Assembly (NCBI GenBank): GCA_043228905.1 | Contig: JBHGNT010000002.1 | Location: forward strand, 21,266,001-21,330,000 | Length of the DNA stretch: 64,000 bases | Direction: 5' to 3' | Source: Azolla caroliniana | Taxonomy: Eukaryota > Plantae > Polypodiophyta | Part shown: positions 1-10,899 of the stretch, one piece after another | How positions within the stretch are numbered: the stretch's first letter is position 1 | How the letters are laid out: each line of letters opens with the position of its first letter | Translations under genes and position numbers: made by a program | Notes under the pieces: generated by a model | The model's database searches: none | What the model was told of the DNA's origin: nothing | What the model saw: only the letters and a program-made list of their open reading frames with translations

Positions 1-379
1 GGTTCAACGAGAGTGTAAAGAAGGGGAGGATTACTTTTAATCCTCAGGATTGAGACAACCCATTAGGTCAAGTGTGAACTTGCCTGGGGGCCTTGGGTAT
101 CGCTATAAATAAGAGGCCTAGCTACCCTCATTTGATCATCTTTGGACTACATTGAGACTCTGCTCTTGTGGTGGGTCAACTCTTGTAGCGAGCGCGCTAG
201 CACCAGGTACGAGTCGACGCCACGATGGTGGTATGGGACACCGATCAAGGCTCGAGTTCGTCTCGATCCCTTCGCTTGGGGGTGGTCGGGTGGATCGGCA
301 CCCTTCTTTCTCTTTCTCCTTTCTATCTATCATTTGTTTATCCTTATCTTAAGCTTACTTTAGTACCTAGATCTCTAAT
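1..379 (+). repeat. 5' LTR of A (partial)
   Basis: Direct repeat of 6541-6919; TATAAAT near 104; followed by PBS. Confidence 0.93.
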
Positions 380-382
380 CTT

Positions 383-392
383 TGGTATCAGA
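383..392 (+). promoter_or_regulatory. Primer-binding site, tRNA-iMet type
   Basis: TGGTATCAGA directly after the LTR. Confidence 0.8.
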
Positions 393-636
393 TTTATGTA
401 CTAATGTTTCTTTGTTTTTCATTTGTCGTTTGATTGATGGTGATCGATCGATGTGCAGTCGGCCTTGATCCAGACAACGATCAACAAAGAACTTTGGTAA
501 CTCCTTCCATAATTTTTTTTTCTATTCTCTCTTCTCCCATCTAATCATGTGTTTAGTTTATATGTCATTTTTTTTCATTAAGTCAATGATGTTGTAGTGG
601 TCTTTAATTGATTATCTAAAACGTTTACATATGTGC

Positions 637-884
637 ACGAGGTCAATACCTCGTTTGACATATTAATAATATGTGATGAGTGTCGTATGCATACGAGGTT
701 AATACCTCAATTACGTATTACGTTCACGAACATATGTTACGTTTGCGTATGAGTTTAATACCTTGATTTGTTGTAAATGATATGCGGTTGGTCTCGTATG
801 CGTAAGAGGTCAATACCTCAATTGTGTATTATTAAGATGATCTCTTATTTGTGGATGTTTCGTGTGCGTAGAGGTATATACCTC
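637..884 (+). repeat. Five-copy palindromic motif array GAGGT-N4-ACCTC in the leader of A
   Basis: Cores start at 639, 695, 751 (degenerate), 806 and 871. Confidence 0.8.
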
Positions 885-2071
885 GATTACGTATCTCGAT
901 CACATCATTTGTAGCTATTTAATATAACGATATGTTAATATAGGCATATGTGGTCACGTATATACGTATTTGATTGTATATATGTGATAAGTAAACATAT
1001 GTGTATATTCGTTATTACGTGATTATATTGAAAGTTGTCCTTGTCGGGAAAAGGATGTTGGTGGCCGTCCTCACATTTTTGTGAGAATGGCGTTGTCACC
1101 ATCCCTTTTTCAACAATTTTTTATTGTTGACAACCCCGTTGATAACCTCGATTTCGTTACGTAAAGAAACGCCTATAGCCATAATGATGTTGAGTACGTA
1201 GGGCTTGACCCACTTCAAGTGAGGTCGCTCCAATGACACACGTATCCAACATCCCTCCCTCGTTACATGGATACGATGCCACCATGAGCTCGGTCTTACG
1301 AGAGGCATTCGTAATGACGTGACCATGTGATGGGCCACGTGGGCCTACTACGAAATGAGCGCTCATTTGGCTTGACCATTAGGTTGCACTTTGGCGTATG
1401 CCATCGTAATTACGAGACTTGAGGTTAGGTAACGTACCAACATAGTTTGGTAAATGAGGGCGAAATAAGGACCCTTGACATATATGTTCTTTTAAAAAAA
1501 AACATATATGATCAAATGCCTCGCATATCTCTTATACGCATTAAACATTAAGCATTCGAGAAGAGCAACTCACTTGGTTGGCTCAAGTGTTTAATGTATT
1601 TGCTCTTGAGGTCTCGAGTTCAAATATGACCAAGACCATACAACATCCTTGATACATATGACTATAATACATGTTTAGACTTAAGGTCTAAGTGCACCTC
1701 GGGGTCCTCGTAATAGGACTTAAAGAGCCGAAACCACATATGTGGGCACCGAAACATAGTTTATTGTTAACATTTTTTTCGTGTATAAACTATTCATGAC
1801 ACGAACATACATGGTTGAGCCTCGGGGAGCCGCCATGAAAAATCGATATAGAGATCAGGGAAAGACATTAAATTGTCACCCCCATGGTTTTTAAAACACC
1901 TTTGTGTTACCATAGTAACTTGATCTTCAACCTCATCTCAGACGTCTAGAGGGGTATTGACGTGAGATCATGATATCGATTAATGTTTGCCCATGATATG
2001 TTTACATCACGACATGATGTTATGACTATCTCTCTAACCTTATCCTATTTCTTTTCCAGAAATAATCTTTA

Positions 2072-3010
2072 ATGGCTCAAATTAACGACCCGATGTCATC
2101 CGCTCAAGCGGAAGGAACTCAAGGGAATCCTCCTGGACAAATGTCCACTGAGATGTATTTGGCACAAATAACCCAATACCTTAATTTCACCGCTCAACAA
2201 ATGACCGAACTTCGGCAATCTCAAAGTGCTCTCGAGGCACGTGTCATTAGTCTACAACGTGAGACAAATAGACCTGATGAGTGACAAGGTGAACCATCAT
2301 TTGTCGTTAAGCCATTTACGGGAGACAAAAAGGAAAGAACCGAAGAAGCAATCTGCACATGGTTGGGACGATGGGAGTCTCATTTTGAGCTCTATCCCAT
2401 GCCAGATAGTACGAAGATTGCATATGTCGGTTGAGAACTCGGGGGTAAGGCCGCCGCTTGGTGGCGTGGGCTCCGTACTATGGGGAAATTGCCCGATACC
2501 TGGACAGATTTTGTCACGGTTTTTAAGGGCCAATTTCTGCAACCTCCCTCTCGAACCAAGGCAGCACAAGCTTTAATGAACCTCTCTAGCAGGAAATTTT
2601 CCTCGCTAGAAGACTATGTTCACCATGCTAGAACCCAAATCCAAAAATCGGGTCTAGAAGGGGACAATTGATTGATAGCTTGTTTTGTCAATGGCATCCC
2701 CAATTCGGACTATCACTGGATAGTGCACGATAAGGATCCAAAATCCTTCGAAGAGGCCGTTGAAATAGTTCTTCGCTATCAACGCACTTCGAAGAAGGAC
2801 CACAACAAACCCAACGAAGCGCCCGGGACTAAGGAGTCGCAATTTGTTGGGAAACGCAAGACACCCAACGAATTCCTGGATCACAATTGTAAGCGACAAC
2901 ATCCTTTTTGCGTATTCTGCAAAAAGAAGGGTCATACAAAAGATCAATGTCGAAAGCTCCAACGGAAAGAGCACGAGAACAAAGCTAAAGCTGCAAACCA
3001 TAAAGGTTAA
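2072..3010 (+). pseudogene. gag: Gag of A with three premature TGA stops and a CCHC zinc knuckle
   Basis: ORFs 2072-2284, 2480-2671 and 2672-3010 share one frame; motifs GKAAAWW and CVFCKKKGHTKDQC. Confidence 0.88.
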
Positions 3011-6000
3011 ATTCCTAATATCCTTCAGGTCTATACACATCATTTAAGTAATTGTCAATGTTCTTTCCCTCACTATGTATTGGGTCCCAATGATTTACTA
3101 CGTGCAAACGGGTATATCAATGGATCTCCCGTACAATTTTTATTTGATTTGGGAAGCTCACACAATTTTGTGAATGATCGTTTGGTTCAGATATGGGGAA
3201 TCCAACCCACCGTAAGTGATCACACCTACACGGTGCACTTGGCTGATGGAAGAGTACAATACATCAACGGGGCGATTCATTCATTAGGAATTTCTATTGA
3301 TACTCATATAGAGGAAGTAGACTTCCATGTAATGAATATTTGTACCACCGATGTAATACTGGGTTATCCCTGGTTTTATAATAAAAACTCTTCTTTATTT
3401 ATTGATTGGGTTCGTCATTCCATTTCTTTTGTACAGAACGATTGTACGCATTTTATTCAATGTGTAAAAAAACAATCCCTCTCGATTGTTTCCTCGTGTC
3501 CATCAATATCTGAGTTGCCTTGTTCTACTCTATTTTATTGTGTACTTGATCCGGACATTCACGTTTATAATATCGATAATGTCTCGGTTCAATTAACATA
3601 TTTTCAACAACAACAACTTGATGAAATCTTAAATGATTTTCATGATGTTTTTCCAAGTGAACTACCTGATGGGTTACCTCCTAAACGAAATATAGACCAT
3701 CGTATAGATATTGTACCTGGTGTTGCACCAATAAGTATACCTCCGTATCGCTTAAGTCGATCCGAAGAAGATGAGGTATCAAAGCAACTCAAGGACTATT
3801 TATGAATGGGTTATATACGTTATAGTAAATCTCCATGGGGTGCACTAGTTCTCTTGGTTAAAAAGAAAGAGGGCACATGGCGTATGTGTATTAATAACCG
3901 ACGCTTGAATAAAGTGACGATCAAGAATTTGTATCCATTGCCTCGGGTTGACGATCTAATTGACCGTCTCCAGGGAGCTCGGTATTTTACGAAACTTGAT
4001 CTCTGTACTGGCTACCATCAAATACGAATAAGTGTGGACGATGTTCCTAAAACGACATTTCGTACGCGCTATGGCCATTACGAGTTTTTGGTTATGCCTT
4101 TTGGTTTGACTAATGCTCCGGCTACATTTCAACAAGAAATGAATGACATTTTCCGAGGACAACTTGGAAAATTTGTCGTTATTTTCTTGGATGATATTTT
4201 AGTTTATAGCCGTACATTACAAGAACATGTGAAACATGTCCGCTTTGTTTTACAAACATTGCGTGACAAACAGTTTTATGCGAAGATCTCAAAATGTGAG
4301 TTCTTCAAGAAATCAATTACTTATCTTGGACATCTCATAACCGAACGAGGAGTTGAAATTGATCCTTCTCGCATTGAGAAAATCAAGCTTTGGCCCACTG
4401 TTCGGAATATTCGAGAAGTTCGATCATTCCTTGGTTTTGTCTGGTTTTTACGAAAGTCTCTTTGTAATTACTCCCAATTGACGACGTCGTTTACTGATCT
4501 TTTAAAAGGTCAAACGCGTAAGTCTACAAAACCTATTGTGTGGAATGCTACACTAAAGCTCGCCTTTAAGGAACTCAAGGACCTGGTTTGCAAGGCTCCT
4601 TCACTTCTTTTACCTAATCCTTCAAAACCTTTTGAGGTTGAAACCAATGCAAGCGATTATGCTATAGGTGTTGTCTTGTATCAAGATGGTAAACCAATAG
4701 CATTCGAGAGTAAGAAACTTGATTCTGCTCAATGTCGGTATATCGTTTATTTGCAGTTATACATGGCGCCATTATCTTTATGGAAATCAATTTGTGGTAA
4801 CTACGGACCATGAGTTCTTGAAATATTTTTGTGACCAACAAGACCTGAAAGGTCGTAAGGCACGATGGGATGATCTCATCCAGGACTTTGATTTTTCCAT
4901 ACGATATCGTAAAGGTTCCATGAACACTGTCGCTGATGCACTAAGTCGCATCCGTGAAGTTAACATGCTTAGCTTCACTGAAATAACATCAGATCTTTAT
5001 GATCACCTTCGAGGAAAGTATCCTGATGAAAATTATTTTGCAAAATATTGGGCAAGAGTTGAGTCTGGAATAGACACCACCACATCCTCGAAGGAATACT
5101 TCCACATTGCTAACGGTTTGCTCTACCGTAATGGGAAGGTTTGTGTTCCAGATTTACCTGAGGTCAAAAAGAGGATTCTTTTTGAATTCCATGATGCACC
5201 CTCAGCAAGGCACCCTCGAATACATCGTACACTCATTCTTATCTCCACTCAATTTTATTGGCCTAAGATGCGTCCTGACATACATAACTATGTGACTAAA
5301 TGTCACCAGTGTCAGCTTAACAAAGCCGAGCGACTTAAAGCCGCAGGACTTTTACATCCCTTGGACATTCCCAATAATAAGTGGGAAAGCATATCCATGG
5401 ATTTTATTGTTAGACTTCCTCGCACCCAAAAAGGCCATGATGCCATCTGGGTTGTCGTTGATCGACTAACTAAAATGGCCAGATTTATTGCTACTAAAAC
5501 CACGGTAACAGCTCCTGAATTGGCTTACCAATTCGTTGACGAATTATTTCGTTTTTATGGGTTACCGATGGATATCATGAGTGATCGAGATCCAAAGTTT
5601 ACTAGTGACTTCTGGACGCAAGTCTTTAAGAAGTTAGAAACTACGTTGAGCATGAGCTCCACGGATCATCCTCAATCCGATGGACAGACAGAACGAGTAA
5701 ATCAAATTATTGAGGACATGCTTCGAGCATATGTTGGTGCAAAACCGACAAAATGGGAACGTTATCTCCCAATTTTAGAGTTTGCGTATAACAACTCCAA
5801 GCATACGTCGACGGGATATAGTCCTTTTATGTTGATGTATGGTTTTCAGCCACGAGCCCCGATTGATGTTAATATACATCATGATGAGTTGCGAAGTACG
5901 CAAAACTTTCTTCGGGATATGCAAGATATGTTGCATATTGCACGAGATAATATAAAAACAGCTCAAGATAGAGCACGTTTTTATGCCGACCATCATAGGC

Positions 6001-6479
6001 AACCTTGTGTATTCAACCCTGGAGAGAAGGTATTTTTACGTGTACCTCACAATTCTAAGACATTGTTTACGGGTAAGTGCACTAAGTTAGCCCCACGGTT
6101 TTGTGGACCTTTTACAGTCCTCAAACACATTGGGTCATCAGCCTATCGTCTTGCTCTTCCCGATGGTGTTGGAATTCATCCAGTCTTCCATGTGAGTCGT
6201 CTAAAAGAACTTCTAGGTTCTGGCGACAATACAGTTACAACTGAAACTCTGGTTACTTCTGAAGAATTATCTTCTAAACCACATGTTCCAGAAAGAATTC
6301 TCGATGTTAAAACAAAAAAATTACGTACTAAAGAAATCCAAGAATTTAAAATAAAATGGATGGATAAATCAATAAAAGATGCCACATGGGAACGCGAAAA
6401 TACCCTTAGAACTAATTTCCCTAACTTTCCATTGCAAGAGTGCAATGTTTTAAAGAGGGGGAGTATGTTACGGGCATGA
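3011..6479 (+). pseudogene. pol: Pol of A: protease, RT, RNase H, integrase, chromodomain; stop at 3803-3805, frameshift near 4750
   Basis: FDLGSSHNF protease; [14 protein letters not shown] and FLDD in RT; integrase ISMDF, SDRDPKF, HPQSDGQTERVN; C-terminal PERILD...FKIKW...DATWE chromodomain at about 6282-6430. Confidence 0.95.
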
Positions 6480-6919
6480 CCATTTAATATCGCGTGGTGA
6501 GAATTTACCATAGTATTCTATACACGTGGATAAGTGTGAGGGTTCAACGAGAGTGTAAAGAAGGGGAGGATTACTTTTAATCCACGGGATTGAGACAACC
6601 CATTAGGTCAAGTGTGAACTTGCCTGGGGGCCTTGGGTATCGCTATAAATAAGAGGCCTAGCTACCCTCATTTGATCATCTTTGGACTACATTGAGACTC
6701 TGCTCTTGTGGTGGGTCAACTCTTGTAGCGAGCGCGCCAGCACCAGGTACGACTCAACGCCACGGCGGTGGTGTGGGACGCCGATCGAGGCTCAAGTCCG
6801 TCTCGATCCCTTCGCTCCGGGGTGGTCAGGTGGATCGGCACCCTTCTTTCTCTTTCTCCTTTCTATCTATCATTTGTTTATCCTTATCTTAAGCTTACTT
6901 TAGTACCTAGATCTCTAAT
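6466..6919 (+). repeat. 3' LTR of A
   Basis: Starts TGTTA after PPT AAAGAGGGGGAG (6452-6463); matches 1-379. Confidence 0.93.
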
Positions 6920-6932
6920 ACATGCCATGGCT

Positions 6933-7122
6933 GGGATTGTGTTGTTGTGTATGGTCATCGTAGTCACCTCCAGAGTGCCTTCTTGTTTCGCCGGCGTCTC
7001 GTTCTGCTCCACGGAGTCACTATCCTACGGGACTGTGTCGTTGGGTACGGTCATCGTAGTCACCTCCGGAGTGCCTGCCTGTTCGGTCGGGGTCTCGTCT
7101 TGCTCCGCGGAGTCACTATCCT
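6933..7122. repeat. Two-copy 96-bp tandem duplication in an unidentified TE remnant
   Basis: GGTCATCGTAGTCACCTCC...GGAGTCACTATCCT at 6953 and 7049. Confidence 0.75.
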
Positions 7123-7539
7123 GTAAGGTGATGGCTTCCGCCTTCTTGATCTCTTCGGTCCTTTGATGTTCCCTTTGTTGTCGCACAACTAGCGGAACAC
7201 TTCTTCTTGACTTTCACCAAAGTCTTCCAATAGTTGTGCCATTTCTTCAGTGTGACAATCGGCCAATGTTTGCTAATCCTACGTAAGGTCCTCGCGCACC
7301 GTAACGATGCTTTCTTCGCTTAGTTTATAAAAACCTTTCCCTTTCCTTACGCTGATTTTCCCAATACCCTCTATAAGCATGAAGTTCCACTTCCTGCACC
7401 GCCCATCCGGCCCATCCTTTATCTAATGCGGCTTGTCGCTAGGCCGTAAACCTTTCGTGCTTCGTTTGGAGGGGTGTATACAATCCCGTCGAATACGAGT
7501 GTATAATGGCCGTACTCACACTCGAGTCCCCTCGATTTG

Positions 7540-9671
7540 GTCCACTCGGACGTCTGTGGCCCGATGCCACATTAGTCTCTCGGCGGCGCTTCGTACTTCG
7601 TCAGTTTTATTGACGACTCGACTCGGAAGGTGTGCGCTTACCCCATTAGAGCTAAAGATCGGGTGTTCCCGATCTTCTCCAAATGGCTTGCAATGGTCGA
7701 AAACTAGACCGGTCGGAAACTAAAATGTCTCTGAACCGATAATGGAGGAGAATTCAAGTCTGACGAATTCATCAAATTTTTCCGGGAACGCGACATTCAA
7801 CGTGAATATACGGCACCCTATAGTCTGGAGCAGAATGGAATTGTAGAACGCATGAATTCAACAATTCAAGAACGTGTACTATCCATGCTCCAACATTCCG
7901 GACTGTCGGATGGCTTCTGGGCGGAGACTCTACTTACGACAGTACACATAATAAATATGTCGCCAAGTAGACCTCTAGGACTTCAAATACCTCAGGAAAT
8001 ATGGACCGGCCGTAAGCCGAATTATGACAAGCTGAGGATCTTCGACTGTGAGGCATACCCCCTCATACCGAAAGACGATCGCCGGAAACTCGAACCAAGA
8101 TCAAGGAAATGCATTTTCCTTGGGTATGGACCCGACAACGAGATCGGATACCGACTCTGGGACCCCGAGCACAGACAAATCATCCGAAGTTCGGACGTCA
8201 TGTTCAATGAGACGGTTATGCATAAAACGGCCGAAAGGCCTATTGAAGTCCGAAGGGTAATATTTTCCGAAGTGCCAACCCTTCATGACGACCCTGCCCA
8301 TAACATGAGATCGGTTTCACGGGTAACCGACAACTCTCGCACTGAATCCACCGATTCGGCACAACCAAATGCCTCGGATCCCGACCATCCGACATCGCCA
8401 CCCGGTGCGACCAGTTCAGTCATACCTCACAAATCCGAGAGACAGTCGCAACCTCCGGAGAGGTACTCTCCCAAAATTTTCTTCACCGACGCCGGTGAAC
8501 CGACGTCTTATGAAGAAGCATTAGCATATGCCGATTCCACCACATGGCATCGAGCGATGGAGTCAGAAATGCACTTCAATCGGGCAAACAAGACTTGGGA
8601 CTTAGTCGAATTACCGAAGAATCGACGTGCTCTTCCATGTAAGTGGGTCTATCGACTAAATGAGACGTACAAGGCTAGATTACTTGCGAAGGGATTCCAA
8701 CAAGAATATGGCGTCGATTTCGATGAAATCTTTTCACCAGTGGTTAAAATGACCATCCTTCGCTTCATGCTCGGCGTCGTGGCTGTCGACAACTTGGAGC
8801 TGATTCAGCTAGATGTAAAAACGGCCTTCCTCCACGGTGACCTACAGGAGGAAATCTATATATCGGATGTGTCTTGGAACGCTTAAACATGCACTCAGCC
8901 AAGTCTACTTCAACCCCGCTCCCCATTAACCTTCGGCTGTCTCAACGAGACTACATGACATCTGGTCCAGAGGGGGAAGATATGAAGTCGGTACTGTATG
9001 CAGCGGCAGTCGGCTCCCTTATGCACGCGATGGTCGCGACACGGCCTGATATTTCTCACGTCGTAGGAGTCGTTAGCAAATTCATGCACAACCCCGGCCG
9101 ATTGTACTGGAACGCAGTCAAGCATGTGTTCAGATATCTAGCTGGCACAAAAGACCACGGCATTCTCTTCAGCCTGAACTCAACCTCAGGTGTTGTCAAT
9201 TACACTGACTCGGACTTCGCCGGCTATGTGGACAGTCGCAAATCAACAACCGGATACTGTTTCAAATTTGGCAATGGAGGGATCTCGTGGAAGTCGAAAC
9301 TTCAGGAGTGCACAGCCACCTCAACGACCGAAGCGGAATATGTAGCTGCATCCGATGCGGCAAAAGAAGGTTTATGGCTCGGTTGGCTGGCGCACGCGTT
9401 TCGACAAGTCGACTCCGACTTGGCTCCAATTGTCTAAAGCGGCAGTTAGGGTGTTGTTGCTTTGTCAAAAAACCCGGTTCACCACAACGCCTCCAAGCAT
9501 ATCGACGTTCGATATCACTTCGTTCGAGACCGCGTCATTTCAGGGAAAATCGATCTAGAGAAGATATCCACAACCAATAATGTCGCTAATGGAATGACCA
9601 AGTGTCTTTCAGTGGATCGCTTCCGGTCCCTTCGGCACCAGATGGGCGTAACGAAAACTCGGTCTGGTTAA
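7540..9671 (+). pseudogene. pol: Copia integrase, partial RT (core deleted near 8860) and RNase H
   Basis: VHSDVCGP, KLEPRSRKCIFLGY, WDLVELP, QLDVKTAFLHG, YTDSDFAG, STTEAEY, KHIDVRYHF; no YVDD. Confidence 0.9.
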
Positions 9672-9868
9672 AGTCGGACACACAACACAGGATGGTTTTG
9701 GACCACCGACATCGGTTCTCTAAGGATCGGCTTTAGCTCTTTCGACCCGACCAGTTCGGTTTTCTGTCTTCGGATCTTGCCGACTCTAGCAAAACCGATC
9801 TGTCCGATAAACCTTGTATATATACATGTAATTCTTTAGATAACCCATGTACGCCCATTACGGGGGAG

Positions 9869-10070
9869 TGTTGAATACGAGTGTATAATGGCCGTATTCA
9901 CACTGTCCCCTTGGACAACCCAAGTTTGGGCTATTTCTGTAAATAGCACAAAGGGCAGTTGCCCTAGGACAGTCACTATATAAAGTGACTTTGTAACCCG
10001 TTAGTGGTTGCTGTTTTTTGTAATTCTTGTAGTTGTTGCTATTGAGAAATAAAATACTATTTCTTTATGC

Positions 10071-10113
<43 letters not shown>

Positions 10114-10158
10114 TCTCTCTGTATCTAGTGCTAACTCGCATACGCAGGTTCTTCACCA
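9869..10158 (+). repeat. 3' LTR of C, with a (CT)n tract at about 10075-10120
   Basis: TGTTGAA start after PPT; TATATAAA; probable end TTCACCA. Confidence 0.75.
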
Positions 10159-10899
10159 TCACAGACTTTGTCTTCCTACGGGCCGGTCAAAAGGGACCAC
10201 CGGGGGCTTTGACAAAGCAGGATGAATTAGGTGACTTGTGCTTGTAAGGAATCGACCATTGTTTAGGTTTCCAATCCGGTTGTTCTTGTTGTTGAAGATG
10301 CTTGTGTGGGTTGACTGAGAGAGAGAGAGAGAGAGAGCGAGAGAGCGAGAGAGCGAGAGAGAGATTAAGAAAATATTTACCGCACCACAAGATGTCGTGA
10401 AGCACACGACACATGTGCCAAACATCACGATGTGTGCAGACAAGCACCGGTCTCTATCTGCAAGTGGTGATGGAGGGACGAAAGGATCGTTTAAGACAAT
10501 AAAGCGGAACTGTCAGTGTTCTGGACTTAAGGGACTAGTGCAAGCGAGAAAGTATTAAAGATAGATCGTAGATAGATAGATACGGACGGGAATTCCAATT
10601 CACGATTTGAACCTTTGACTTCAAAAATGTGAGACAAGACACATTGCCAATGAGACAACTATTATTATGTTGTTGATTTCATACATTGCTTAATTTCCTT
10701 TCCCTTCCTTTCCTTCTTATATAGATGCCCCCATGCATATGATGCATGTGAGGGTGTAAGACATGCATATAATGCGTGAAATGCATGTGATGCATGATCG
10801 CCATATGCGATTTTTACACTGTTGCCGAAAATCTTCACGACATCTACCCCCACCAAACCACACATCCTCCAATACGTTCCAATTTTGGCTACAATGATT

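Larger units (their letters stand above)
1..6919 (+). mobile_element. Element A: Ty3/gypsy chromovirus LTR retrotransposon, 5' LTR cut by the window edge, decayed
   Basis: 1-379 repeats at 6541-6919 (about 15 substitutions by hand count). PBS at 383, PPT at 6452. Domain order gag-PR-RT-RH-INT-chromodomain. Confidence 0.95.
7487..10158 (+). mobile_element. Element C: internally deleted Ty1/copia (Tnt1/Tork-like)
   Basis: 5' LTR stub 7487-7523 matches the 3' LTR start at 9869; PPT GGGGGAG 9862-9868; INT-RT-RH order. The 3' end is approximate and the TSD is unresolved. Confidence 0.85.

Noticed and set aside
136-363. Short ORFs in LTRs (also 6682-6903, 19573-19797, 47521-47769, 54378-54697 and their duplicates)
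   Set aside because: They recur only because LTRs are duplicated, are low-complexity and carry no recognisable motifs.
637-884. CRISPR array
   Set aside because: Repeats are short and degenerate, there are no cas genes, and the array lies in a eukaryotic retrotransposon leader. Kept only as a hairpin array.
2274-2300. Hammerhead ribozyme core CTGATGA
   Set aside because: No stem II followed by GAAA, and it lies within gag coding sequence.
3006-3028. Micro-intron GT...CAG removing the gag stop
   Set aside because: Only 23 nt, and its removal would shift the frame.
7482-10163. TSD for element C
   Set aside because: Flanks AATCC and TCACA do not match under the TG...CA boundaries, so it is unresolved.
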